From: an uncultured Chloroflexia bacterium
GTDB taxonomy: Bacteria; Chloroflexota; Limnocylindria; Limnocylindrales; CSP1-4
Direction: 5' to 3'
Assembly (NCBI GenBank): GCA_963763775.1
Contig: CAVXPZ010000004.1
Location: 416,001-480,000 of the forward strand
Length of the DNA stretch: 64,000 nt
The notes below the pieces were generated by a model. It was given only the letters and a program-made list of their open reading frames with translations. It was not told the DNA's origin and made no database searches. Below are positions 9,361-19,370 of the stretch, piece after piece; positions within the stretch are counted from its first letter, which is position 1, and each line of letters begins with the position of its first letter. Both the position numbers and the translations under genes were made by a program.

Positions 9361-10447
9361 CTACCAGCCCAGCGCCACGGCGACCGCGCCGACCGTCGGC
9401 TCGGCCTCGATGAACGGCCCCGCCTCGAGCTCGGCGGTCGTCGGGTCCTTGAGACCGTGCCCGGTCAGGACGCAGACGACGAGGGCGCCCGGGTCCAGTT
9501 CGCCGGCACGGGCCGCCTTGCGGACCCCGGCCACGGATGCCGCCGAGGCCGGCTCGCAGAAGATGCCCTCGGTCCGGGCGAGGTCGCGATACGCGGCGAG
9601 GATCTCGTCATCGGTCACGGCGCTGATCCGTCCACCGGACGCATCGCGCGCCTCGATGGCCAGGGCCCAGGACGCCGGGTCGCCGATGCGGATCGCGGTG
9701 GCGATCGTCTCGGGGTGGTCCACGCGGACACCGCTGACGAGCGGCGCGGCGCCGGCCGCCTGGAACCCCCACATCCGTGGCGTGCCGGTCACCCGGCCCG
9801 CGGCGGCATACGCCCGGAACCCGGCCCAGTACGCGCTGATGTTCCCGGCATTCCCGACGGGGATCGCCAGGATGTCCGGCGCCCGGCCGAGCTGGTCGCA
9901 GACCTCGAACGCGGCGGTCTGCTGCCCGTCGAGGCGGTACGGATTGACCGAGTTCACCAGCGTCACCGGGTGGTCGTCCTGCTCGGCGAGCGCGCGGACG
10001 ATGGCGAGCGCCTGGTCGAAGTTGCCGTCGATCGCCACGACGCGAGCGCCCGCCATCTGCGCCTGCAGCAGCTTGCCCTTCGCGATCTGGCCGCGCGGCA
10101 GCACGACGATGACCTCCATGCCGGCCGCCGCCCCGTAGGCCGCCGCGGAAGCCGAGGTGTTGCCGGTCGACGCGCAGACGATGGCCCGGGCGCCGGCCTC
10201 CGCGGCCTTCGCGACCGCGACGACCATGCCGCGGTCCTTGAAGGACCCGGTCGGGTTCTGGCCCTCGACCTTGAGGTGGAGGTCCGGCACGCCGATCGCG
10301 GCCCCGAGCCGCGCGGCATGGACGAGCGGCGTGGACCCCTCACCGAGCGTCAGCGGCGGGCGTCGCGTCGGTGACGGGGAGGAACGCCCGATAGCGCTCC
10401 ATCAGGCGCGGCCGGACCGCGGACCCGCTCGTGGCGGCGTCAGTCAT
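9361..10447 (-). CDS. thrC: Threonine synthase (frameshift near 10355)
   Basis: N-terminal [12 protein letters not shown] in one frame, then [26 protein letters not shown] and PVGNAGN in another. Confidence 0.93.
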
Positions 10448-11591
10448 CGAGGGGGTACCGCGTACCACTGGAGGCTTCGAAGACATCGGCCTCGGGACGC
10501 CGGACCGGCCGCTCCGTCGGCGCCATGGCTGGCGGTCGCGGACCCCAGGTCGAGCCGGCGCCATGTGCGACCGCCATCAGGTCGCCGAGCACGGCCGAGG
10601 AGGTGGCGGCACCGCCCGCGCCCGGACCGTCGAGGCCGACCCGACCGACCGGGACGGCGTCGATCTCGATGCGGTTGCGGACCCCCGCGGTCCGCCCGAG
10701 CGGGGAGTCGACCGGCAGCGCGGTGGGGAGGACGGCCGCCGCGATCGCCTCGTCGGCACCCACCGACGCCGTCGCCACGAGACGGATGATCCGCCCGGCA
10801 GCCCGGGCGTCGCGCTGGTCGCCGAGCGTGACGGTCGTGATGCCCGGGCCGGCCGGGCCCTCGCGGCCGTCGGGGCGCGTCGGGATCGCCGAGGGGTCCA
10901 GCCACCGGCCGAACGCCAGCCGCGCCAGGATCACGAGCTTGTTGGCGGCATCGAGGCCCTCGACGTCGCCCGACGGGTCCGCCTCCGCATAGCCGAGGCG
11001 CTGCGCGTCGGCGAGCGCGGTCGCGTAGTCCACCGGGTCGTCGTCGTCGGTCATCGCGGTGAGGATGTGGTTGGTGGTGCCGTTGACGATGCCGCGGACG
11101 CGGGTCACGCGGTTCGCCGCCAGGTCCGAGGCGAGCGGGCCGAGCACGGGGATCCCGCCGCCCACGGCCGCCTCGAACCGCAGGGACGCGCCGGTCCGCC
11201 GCGCGATCGCCTCGAGCGCATCGCCGTGATGCGCGATGACGTGCTTGTTCGCCGTCACGACGTGCTTGCCCATCGACAACGCCGCGGCGATCAACGTGTG
11301 CGCCGGCTCGTCACCGCCCATCAGCTCGACGATGACGTCGATCGACTCGTCCGCGACGAGGTGGGCTGGCGCATCGCTCAGCAGCTCGGCCGGCAGGCCG
11401 CGAGCCTGTGCCCGCGCGGTGTCGCGAACGGCGACCGCCGCCAGCTCGATGGCCGGCCCACCGGACGGCTGGAGCGACCCGGGACGCTCGAGGAGCGCGC
11501 ACGCGACCGCATGCCCGACCGTCCCCGCACCGAGGACGGCGACGCGCAGCGGGGCACCGCTCGAGGCCGGCGCGTGGGCGGGTGACGACAT
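10440..11591 (-). CDS. hom: Homoserine dehydrogenase (no ACT domain)
   Basis: GAGTVG, VTANK, EAAVGGGIP, GYAEADPSGDVEG and GPGAG. Confidence 0.95.
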   Translation of the reverse strand: MSSPAHAPASSGAPLRVAVLGAGTVGHAVACALLERPGSLQPSGGPAIELAAVAVRDTARAQARGLPAELLSDAPAHLVADESIDVIVELMGGDEPAHTLIAAALSMGKHVVTANKHVIAHHGDALEAIARRTGASLRFEAAVGGGIPVLGPLASDLAANRVTRVRGIVNGTTNHILTAMTDDDDPVDYATALADAQRLGYAEADPSGDVEGLDAANKLVILARLAFGRWLDPSAIPTRPDGREGPAGPGITTVTLGDQRDARAAGRIIRLVATASVGADEAIAAAVLPTALPVDSPLGRTAGVRNRIEIDAVPVGRVGLDGPGAGGAATSSAVLGDLMAVAHGAGSTWGPRPPAMAPTERPVRRPEADVFEASSGTRYPLDD

Positions 11592-11666
11592 GGCGGGATG
11601 GTAGCCGACGGGGAGGTCCCGACGAGGTGGCCGAGGGGTGAGAGCGGTCCGCTACACTCGCCCTCG

Positions 11667-12686
11667 ATGACGACCGAGCTCGCCCCTGCCCCGTCGCCGA
11701 GCGCCGCCGCCGCGCCGAGACCGCGGATCTTCAGCGGCATCCAGCCCTCGGGCGCGCCCCACATCGGCAACGACCTCGGGGCCATCCGCAACTACGTCCG
11801 GCTCCAGTGGGAGTACGAGGCGATCTACTGCATCGTCGACTACCACGCGCTCACGAGCCTCCACGACGCGGACCGCCTGCGCCGTCAGACGCGCGAGATG
11901 GCGGCGGCGCTGCTGGCCCTCGGCCTGGACCCGGAGCGCTGCACGCTCTTCGTCCAGAGTCACCGCCCCGAGCACACGGAGCTCGCCTGGCTGCTCGCGA
12001 CGGTCACGCCGGTCAGCTGGCTGGAGCGCACCCCGACGTACAAGGAGAAGAAGCAGAACCAGCCCGACGACGTCAACCACGGCCTGTTGACGTACCCGGT
12101 CCTCCAGGCGGCGGACATCGTCATCTACAAGGCGTCGCTCGTGCCCGTCGGCAAGGACCAGGCGGCGCACCTGGAGCTGAGCCGCGAGATCGTCCGGGCC
12201 TTCAACGCCCGCTACGGCGAGACCTTCCCCGAGCCGCAGGCTGTCCACACCGATTCGCCGATCGTCCTCGGGACCGACGGCGTCCGGAAGATGAGCAAGT
12301 CCCTCGGGAACACCATCGAGATCTTCGCCCCGGAGGACGAGGTCAAGAAGCAGATCATGTCGATGGTGACCGACACGAAGCGGATCCTGCGAACCGACCC
12401 AGGACGCCCCGAGGTCTGCAACGTCTGCCAGCTCCACCGCTCCTTCGGTGACGACTACGAGGAGATCTGGGAGGGCGAGCGGACGGCGCGCACGGGCTGC
12501 GTCGACACGAAGAAGCTGCTCCTCCAACGCGTCCTGGAGCACTACGCGGAGCCGCGCGAACGGTATCGGGAGCTGATGGCCGATCCCGACCGGATCGACC
12601 GGATCCTCGCGGAGGGCGCGGAACGGATCCGGCCCATCGCGGAGGCGACGATGGCCGAGGTCCGCGAGAAGATGGGCCTGCGCTGA
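11667..12686 (+). CDS. trpS: Tryptophan--tRNA ligase
   Basis: FSGIQPSG, HIGN, YPVLQAADI, VPVGKDQ and KMSKS. Confidence 0.97.
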   Translation: MTTELAPAPSPSAAAAPRPRIFSGIQPSGAPHIGNDLGAIRNYVRLQWEYEAIYCIVDYHALTSLHDADRLRRQTREMAAALLALGLDPERCTLFVQSHRPEHTELAWLLATVTPVSWLERTPTYKEKKQNQPDDVNHGLLTYPVLQAADIVIYKASLVPVGKDQAAHLELSREIVRAFNARYGETFPEPQAVHTDSPIVLGTDGVRKMSKSLGNTIEIFAPEDEVKKQIMSMVTDTKRILRTDPGRPEVCNVCQLHRSFGDDYEEIWEGERTARTGCVDTKKLLLQRVLEHYAEPRERYRELMADPDRIDRILAEGAERIRPIAEATMAEVREKMGLR

Positions 12687-12688
12687 CG

Positions 12689-13968
12689 ATGCTCGGTGTC
12701 CAGCCGGGAGGACGGGATCGTCGGCTGATCGACGCCATCCTCGTGCTGGCCGTCGTCGCGCTCTTCTTCATCGTCGTCGGGCAGCTGGCCTCGGTCTTCT
12801 TCTACTTCGGCGACATCTTCCTGACGTTCTTCCTCGCGTGGCTGCTCGCGTTCATCATCAGCCCGGTCGTCACGCGGATCAGCTCGGTCATCCCGCGTCT
12901 GCCGAGGGTCGTGGCGACCGTCCTGGTCTACACCGCGGTCGTCGCGGTCCTCCTGTTGATCCTCATCCTCGTGGCCGGCGCGCTCGCCTCGTCGATCACG
13001 GAGTTCGTCGCCTCGATCCCCGGGCCTCGAACACGACCTCCCGAACATCGTGAAGCCGTGGGAGGACTGGCTCGCCTCGATCGGGCTCGGCCAGGTCGAC
13101 CTCCTCGCGCAGGCCCAGGCCCTGCTGGCGAACCTCGACAACCTGAGCTCGGCCATCGTCGAGCCACTCCAGCAGATCGCGGTCGTCAGCCTGAGCGTGT
13201 TCGGCACGATGCTCATCGTGTTCTTCCTCTCGATCTACATGGTCATCGACCGCGACCAGATCCTCGCGTTCATGTTCCGCCTCGTCCCGCCGACCTACGC
13301 CGAGGAGGCACGGCTCCTCCAGACCGTCCGTCTCGAAGTCCTTCGGCGGGTTCCTCCGGGGCCAGGCACTCATGGGCTTCGTCTACTTCCTCGTCGCGCT
13401 CGCCACGAGCGTGGTGTTCGGCCTGCCGCTCGTCGGGATCACGGCCGCCGCCGCGGGCCTCCTCATGGCGATCCCGTTCTTCGGGCCGTTCGTGGCCTGG
13501 ATGCCCCCGGTGATCGTGGCCCTGCTCTTCAAGCCGGACGCCGTCCTGCCGGTCACGGCGCTGATGGCCGCCGGATGGTTCGTCGTCATGAACGTCCTGC
13601 AGCCGCGGATCATGCAGGGGGCCGTCGGGATCCACCCGATCGTGGTCCTCGGCGCGGTGTTGATCGGCGGGCGGATCGCGGGCATCCCGGGCGCGATCTT
13701 CGGGATCCCGATCGCGGCCGTCGCGTCGGCCTTCTTCTTCCACTTCCTCCATCGCACCTCCGGCGACCGGTCCGTGACCGGGCGCGCGGCGAAGCGGCTC
13801 AGCGAGCGCGAAGGCCGGCCGGTCCGCATCCCTCGCGAGCCGACCCCAGGCAGCGCCAGCGATGTCGACGATCCCGACGATGCCGGGGGGTCGTCCGCCC
13901 CCGCGCCCCCGCCCGGGCCGACGACCGGGCCGGCCGGTACGGACCGACCCGAGGCCGGACCGACATGA
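12689..13968 (+). CDS. AI-2E family transporter (frameshifts near 13025 and 13330)
   Basis: Multi-TM protein spread over three frames; IPFFGP, NVLQPRIM, IHPIVVL and GAIFGIPIAA motifs. Confidence 0.85.
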
Positions 13969-14904
13969 GCGAGGATCGCCCCGACATGACCCGCGAGCGG
14001 GCCCGGACGGAGCGACGCGACCTCGACAAGGAGCGCGGCGAGCCGGTCCCCGGCGGGCCGGCGCGCGGCGGTCCCAGGAAGCTGCGCAAGGGTGCGGCGA
14101 CGGAACCGGCGTCGGGCGCCCGGCCACGGATCCTCGTCACCAACGACGACGGGGTGGAGTCGCGTGGCTTGCTCGCGTTGAAGATGGCCCTGGACCCGAT
14201 CGGCGACGTCACGGTGGTCGCCCCGGACACGAACCAGAGTGCCGTCGGCCACCAGAAGACGCTGATGCGCCCGCTCCGCGTCCGCGAGCGGATCCTGGGC
14301 GACGGATCGACCGCGTATTCGGTGGACGGCTCGCCGACGGATGCCGTGAGCCTGGCGTTCCTCGGGTACTTCGGCCACGGCTTCGACCTCGTCGCGTCCG
14401 GCATCAACTACGGCGCGAATCTCGGCGACGACATCACGTACTCGGGCACGGTGAGCGCCGCGATGGAGGGCGTCATCAACAACTGCCCGGCCTTCGCGAT
14501 CTCGCAGGAGTACTACGAACACCCCGATTTCGCGCTCGCGGCGATGGCAGCGACGACCGTGGCCCGGAACATCCTCGACCATGGCCTCGCACCGGGCGAG
14601 CTCGTCAACGTCAACGTCCCGGGCGTCACGCTCGAGGAGTGCCAGGGGTTCGAGGTGACGCGGCTTGGCAAGCGCATCTACCAGGACCAGCTGGTCGAGC
14701 GGCTCGACCCGCGCGGCATCCCCTACTTCTGGATCGGGGGTCCGCCGCCGTCAGGGCTCGCCGTCGGAGGGGACGGACTTCCACGCCGTCATCAACCGGC
14801 GGATCGCGGTCACGCCGATCCACCTCGACCTGACCGGGCGCCGCCTGCTGAAGCGGCTCCGCACCTGGGCGTGGACGCTGGACGACCCGGGGCCGGCCGA
14901 CTGA
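13965..14904 (+). CDS. surE: 5'/3'-nucleotidase SurE (frameshift near 14765)
   Basis: ILVTNDDG, GSPTDAV, SGINYGANLG and YSGTVSAAMEG; C-terminal GTDFHAVINRRIAVTPI in the second frame. Confidence 0.92.
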
Positions 14905-14956
14905 CCCGGGGTACCATCGCCGTCGTCTGGACGCCCCAGCCGAGACCACCGGGAGG

Positions 14957-15476
14957 ATGCACGCCTTGGACGATCTCACGAACCTCATCACGCAGCTCGG
15001 TGGCGCGACCGAAGGCGCCGGCGCCACGGACCCGGCGGCAGCGCTGAGCGGGCTGCAGCACGCCGTCCAGCAGGAGGGCGGCCTCGACGGCCTGATGGGC
15101 AAGCTCAAGGCCGCGGGTCTCGGCGACCAGGTCGACTCGTGGGTGTCCACCGGCGCAGAACCAGCCGATCGACCCGAACCAGCTCGGCCAGGCGCTCGGC
15201 CCGGAGACGGTCCAGCGTCTCTCGGCGGGCTCGGGGATCGACGTCGGCGCGCTGCTGCCGATGCTCGCGGCGTTCCTGCCGCAGATCATCGACATGCTGA
15301 CCCCGGGCGGTCAGGAGCCGGCCGGCGGGCTGACCGGCCAGGGCATGCCCGACATCGGCTCGATCCTGGGTGGCCTGACCGGCGGCGCCTCGGGGAGCGG
15401 CACGGGCGGCCAGGCCGGCCTCGACGACCTCCTCGGCGGTCTCGGCGGCATCCTCGGGGGCAACAAGGGCAGCTGA
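14957..15476 (+). CDS. YidB/DUF937-like glycine-rich protein (frameshift near 15157)
   Basis: GGLDGLMGKLKAAGLGDQVDSWVSTG followed by NQPIDP...LPQIIDMLTPGG. Confidence 0.8.
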
Positions 15477-15481
15477 GCCCC

Positions 15482-15501
15482 GCCGGGCGTCGACGCCCGG
15501 C
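15482..15501. terminator. GC-rich hairpin after the yidB-like gene
   Basis: Perfect palindrome GCCGGGCG-TCGA-CGCCCGGC; no U-tract. Confidence 0.4.
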
Positions 15502-15575
15502 CATCGTCACTCGTCCATCCCGGACGCCACCGAGGTCGGTGGCCGCCGCGGTCGAGGCTCGGGCATCGTGGCGCC

Positions 15576-16184
15576 ATGGATGACGCCGCCAGCCTGGCCG
15601 CCGCTCGCGTGCGACGGTTCCTCGAGCAGGAGCCGGTCGTCTGGCTGTCCACGGTCCGGCCGGACGGGACCCCGCACATCGTCCCGATCTGGTTCTTCTT
15701 CGACGGCGCCGACGTGCTGGTCTTCTCGAAGCCGCACGCCCAGAAGGTCAGGAACATGCGCGCACACCCGGCCGTGATGCTCGGCGTGGGCGACCCGGAG
15801 GACGACTTCGACGTCGGATTGCTCGAGGGTCGCGCGGAGCTGCTGTCGCGACCGACGTCGGAGGTGCTGCCGCCGGCCCACCTGGCGAAGTACGCCGACC
15901 GGCTGGAGGCGATCGGCCTGTCCGAGGCCGAGTACGCCGAGACGTACTCCCTCGCGATCCGGATCGTGCCCGACCACTACCTGGGCTGGCACGGACGAAC
16001 GACACCGCGGAGCGCACGACTCGCCGGCGCGCCGACGACATCGTTGGCGGAGCCGCCGACCGGGCGGCCCGGGCTCCGCGGGTGGCTGGGCGAACCCCTC
16101 AGTCGCGGGCTTCGCGACCTTCGCGACCTGCGGGCCGGTCTCGGCGCCGGGATCGCGCGTCCCGCCGGCGTCGGCGCCCTCTGA
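15576..16184 (+). CDS. Pyridoxamine 5'-phosphate oxidase-like (PPOX class, possibly F420-dependent) protein
   Basis: WLSTVRPDGTPHIVPIWF and KVRNMRAHPAV. Confidence 0.85.
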   Translation: MDDAASLAAARVRRFLEQEPVVWLSTVRPDGTPHIVPIWFFFDGADVLVFSKPHAQKVRNMRAHPAVMLGVGDPEDDFDVGLLEGRAELLSRPTSEVLPPAHLAKYADRLEAIGLSEAEYAETYSLAIRIVPDHYLGWHGRTTPRSARLAGAPTTSLAEPPTGRPGLRGWLGEPLSRGLRDLRDLRAGLGAGIARPAGVGAL

Positions 16185-16206
16185 TCGATCCCGGGCGAGG
16201 CACGCG

Positions 16207-16824
16207 CTAGTCGATCAGCGGCACGTCCACGACGTGCTCCGCCAGGAACCAGACCTGCAGCTCGTGTCGACGGAGCACGTCACCCATCAGCAGGTCGTTC
16301 GAGCCCCAGTCCTCGTTCCGCTCGGTGGCCTCGATGGCGCGCCGCACCTTGCGGATGATGATCTCGTGGGCGTCGATCGTCCGCTCGATCATCGCCGACA
16401 CCTCCTCGGCCCCGTCCGGCGGACGGGAGATCGACGTCAGTTCGGCGGCGTGGCGCGGGTCGCCCACCGCGATCCCGCCGAGGCTCTGGATCCGCTCGGC
16501 GAGAAGGTCGACGAGGTCGTTCTGCTCCTCGGCGTGCTTGTCGAAGAGGAGGTGGAGCTGGTAGAAGGTCGGACCCGCGACGAGCCAGTGGTGCTTCTTG
16601 TAGAGGCTGTACAGCACCATCGAGTCGGCGAGGATGACGCCGAGCAGCCGGCAGCTCTCGGCCTTGGCGTCCGCGTCGAGGCCGATCGGCAGCCGGCGCA
16701 GCGTCCCGAAGGGCTGCAGCTCGCCGGTAGCTGACCGGCGGCGCGGGTTCGGCGAGGCCGTCGGCGTGCGGGCCGCCCCGTGGCTGGAGCCGTTGCGGCT
16801 CGCCTTGGTCCTGGTCACTGCCAT
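16207..16824 (-). CDS. dps: DNA starvation/stationary phase protection protein Dps
   Basis: KHHWLVAGPTFYQLHLLFD and DLLAERI ferroxidase signature. Confidence 0.93.
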   Translation of the reverse strand: MAVTRTKASRNGSSHGAARTPTASPNPRRRSATGELQPFGTLRRLPIGLDADAKAESCRLLGVILADSMVLYSLYKKHHWLVAGPTFYQLHLLFDKHAEEQNDLVDLLAERIQSLGGIAVGDPRHAAELTSISRPPDGAEEVSAMIERTIDAHEIIIRKVRRAIEATERNEDWGSNDLLMGDVLRRHELQVWFLAEHVVDVPLID

Positions 16825-16939
16825 GGGTCGTCCTCCGTCACGTCAGGGTGGGTCCCTACCGTCGCCGACGGCGCATCCTTGCGATGCCATCGCGACCGAC
16901 GCTGGCATCGCAACGGCGTTGCACCACCACGAGGGGGTC

Positions 16940-17296
16940 ATGCCACAGGATCCGACCCGCCGGTCCGACCGCTCGCCATGGCGGATGGCGACGCTCATCG
17001 TGGTCGCCCTGGCCCTCGGCCTCGTCATCGCCCGCATCGACAGCCGCCCGGGCTGGGACGACACCGGGACCAGCGCCGGGCTCCTGCTCCTCGGCACCGC
17101 CACGATCGCCGCCGTGGGCGGTGCGCGGCCGTGGCTGTGGGCGATCCTCGTCGGCGCGCCGACGCCCATCACAGAGATCGTCTCGACCGGGAACACCGGA
17201 TCGACCCTGGCGCTCGTCTTCGCGGCCATCGGCGCCGCCGTCGGCTGGTGGATCGGGTCCATCGTCCGCGGCACGGACGGCGGGGGTCGCCGCTAG
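16940..17296 (+). CDS. Small four-TM membrane protein
   Basis: GAGGGG SD before the ATG; hydrophobic helices around DSRPGWDDTG. Confidence 0.7.
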   Translation: MPQDPTRRSDRSPWRMATLIVVALALGLVIARIDSRPGWDDTGTSAGLLLLGTATIAAVGGARPWLWAILVGAPTPITEIVSTGNTGSTLALVFAAIGAAVGWWIGSIVRGTDGGGRR

Positions 17297-18417
17297 CGGA
17301 GCGTGTGCGCCGCGAACCCCTCGAACCGATCCAGCGCCACGGGCAGGTCGGTCCGTCCGAACCCCAGGCGGAAGTGATTCCCGTGGTGGTCGAACGTCGA
17401 TCCGGGAAGGAGCAGGACGCCGGTCTCCTCGACCAGCTGGGCCGCCCACTCGTCGATACGGACGCCCGGGACGGTCAGGCGGGGGAAGCCGATCGACCCG
17501 CCGCGCGGCCGGACCCAGGCGAACCGGTCGGCCCAATCCTCGAAGAACCCGTCGAGACGGTCGAGGTTCGCCGTCACGATCGAACGCGACCGCCCCAGGA
17601 CGCGATCCCTGGCCCGCAGCCCGACCAGCGCGAGGATCTCCGACGGCGCGGACGAGCAGATGGTCGTGTAGTCCTTGAACGCCGCGCACCGGGCCAGCAG
17701 CTCGCGGTCGCGAGTGGCGAGCCAGCCGATGCGCAGGCCGGCCATCGCGAACGACTTGGACATGACGCCGAGCGAGATCCCGCGCTCGAACGTGTCGGCG
17801 CCGGCCGTCAGGCGGTCGGCCTCGTCGAACTCGAGGAAGCGGTAGACCTCGTCCGCGAGGAGGTGGATCCCTCGCGCTTCCAGCGTCCCGGTCAGCGATG
17901 CCCACTCGTCGTGGCTCGGGAGCATCCCGGTCGGGTTGTGCGGGGCGTTGACCACGACGAGCCGGGTCGCCTCGGTCAGGGACGCCACGAGGCGGGGCAC
18001 GTCGAGCGACCAGCCGTCGGGCTCGTGGAGTTCGTGGAGCGTGACATCGGCGCCCGCGGCGCGGCCGACCTCGTACAAGCTCTGATAGCCCGGCCAGGTG
18101 ACCACGGCGTGGTCGCCCGGGCCGAGCAGGACGTTGGCCAGGCAGAAGATCGCCTCCTCGGCGCCCGCGAACACGAGCACGTCCTCGGCCGCGAGCGAGT
18201 CGTACATCGAGGCGATCTCGTGCCGAAGGAGCGGGTGGCCGGTCGACTCCGTGTACCCGAGCGTCAGCCCGTCCCAGAGACCGCGGGACTCCGGGTCCGC
18301 CATCTCGAGGAGGTCGGCCATCGGGACGCCCTGGACGTCGGACGCGCACAGCAGGTGGTCGACCGCGAACTCCCAGCGGGCGAAGTAGCGTTCGAGCGCG
18401 AAATCGGCGATGCGCAT
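17293..18417 (-). CDS. PLP-dependent aminotransferase class I/II
   Basis: FALERYF, NAPHNPTG, ADEVY and SKSFAMAGLRIGW. Confidence 0.93.
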   Translation of the reverse strand: MRIADFALERYFARWEFAVDHLLCASDVQGVPMADLLEMADPESRGLWDGLTLGYTESTGHPLLRHEIASMYDSLAAEDVLVFAGAEEAIFCLANVLLGPGDHAVVTWPGYQSLYEVGRAAGADVTLHELHEPDGWSLDVPRLVASLTEATRLVVVNAPHNPTGMLPSHDEWASLTGTLEARGIHLLADEVYRFLEFDEADRLTAGADTFERGISLGVMSKSFAMAGLRIGWLATRDRELLARCAAFKDYTTICSSAPSEILALVGLRARDRVLGRSRSIVTANLDRLDGFFEDWADRFAWVRPRGGSIGFPRLTVPGVRIDEWAAQLVEETGVLLLPGSTFDHHGNHFRLGFGRTDLPVALDRFEGFAAHTLR

Positions 18418-18446
18418 GGCTCGCATGATGCGGCACCATGACCGGC

Positions 18447-19361
18447 ATGCGTGGCTCCATCGCGATGCTCGGCGTCCCGACCGCTCTCGGCGGCCATCTC
18501 TCCGGGATGGAGCGCACACCGGCCGGCCTGCGTGCAGCCGGTCTCGTCGAGGCGATCCGCGGCCGCGAGGCGCTTCGTGACGTGGACGTTCGCGACATGG
18601 GCGACGTGCCGATCGATCCGGGATTCCGCCCCGACCCGGACCCCCGGGCCAAGAACCGGGCGGCCATCGCCGCGTTCCTGCCGGTGGAGCGGGACATGGT
18701 GGCGGAGGTGGTCTCGGGCCCGGACGCCGGCGCGGATGCGCGACTGCTCGTCATCGGCGGCGACTGCACCGCGCACGCCGGCGCGATGGCCGGTCTGCGA
18801 CGCGCCCGACCCGACCGGACGCTCGCCATCGCCTGGTTCGACGCGCACGGCGACTTCAACACGCCCGACACCACGCCGTCGGGCAACGTCTGGGGGATGC
18901 CGTTCGCGATGCTCTGCGGGCGCGGCGCACCGGACCTCGTGGCGGCTTGCGACGGCCCGACGGTCCGCGAGGCCGATGCCGCGCTGATCGGCGGCCAGGT
19001 GCTCGACGAGACGGAGTCGCGGATGCTGGCCGCCTCGTCGGTCGCGGTGTTCGGGCCGGGGATGCTCGCCGACCCCGCGGGGATGGCCGCGCTGGACGCC
19101 TGGGCGCGGACCGTCGCCGATCGGGTCGACGGACTCTACATCGCGTTCGACCTGGACTGCCTCGACGGCGCGGACGGCTGGGCGCTGACGATGCCCGAGC
19201 CCGACGGCCTGTCGCTGGCGACGGCACTCGCGGCGGTTCGGACGCTCGCCGCGGCGATCCCGGTCGTGGGGTTCGGGGCGACGGCCGTCACCCTCGCCAA
19301 TGGCGACGTCCCGGCTACGGTGGAGGCGATCGCGGCCCTCGTGGAGGCGGCCTTCGCCTGA
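18447..19361 (+). CDS. Arginase/ureohydrolase family protein (divergent active site)
   Basis: GGDC, DAHGDFNTPDTTPSGN and FDLDCLD. Confidence 0.88.
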   Translation: MRGSIAMLGVPTALGGHLSGMERTPAGLRAAGLVEAIRGREALRDVDVRDMGDVPIDPGFRPDPDPRAKNRAAIAAFLPVERDMVAEVVSGPDAGADARLLVIGGDCTAHAGAMAGLRRARPDRTLAIAWFDAHGDFNTPDTTPSGNVWGMPFAMLCGRGAPDLVAACDGPTVREADAALIGGQVLDETESRMLAASSVAVFGPGMLADPAGMAALDAWARTVADRVDGLYIAFDLDCLDGADGWALTMPEPDGLSLATALAAVRTLAAAIPVVGFGATAVTLANGDVPATVEAIAALVEAAFA

Positions 19362-19370
19362 CCGGCGGCC

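Noticed and set aside
11592-11666. T-box or thr attenuator between hom and trpS
   Set aside because: The 75-bp gap holds only two divergent -10 boxes close to the start codons, leaving no room for a leader.
13050-15047. Apparent AI-2E transporter-SurE fusion (665 aa)
   Set aside because: Produced by frameshifts; surE starts at 13965, overlapping the transporter stop.
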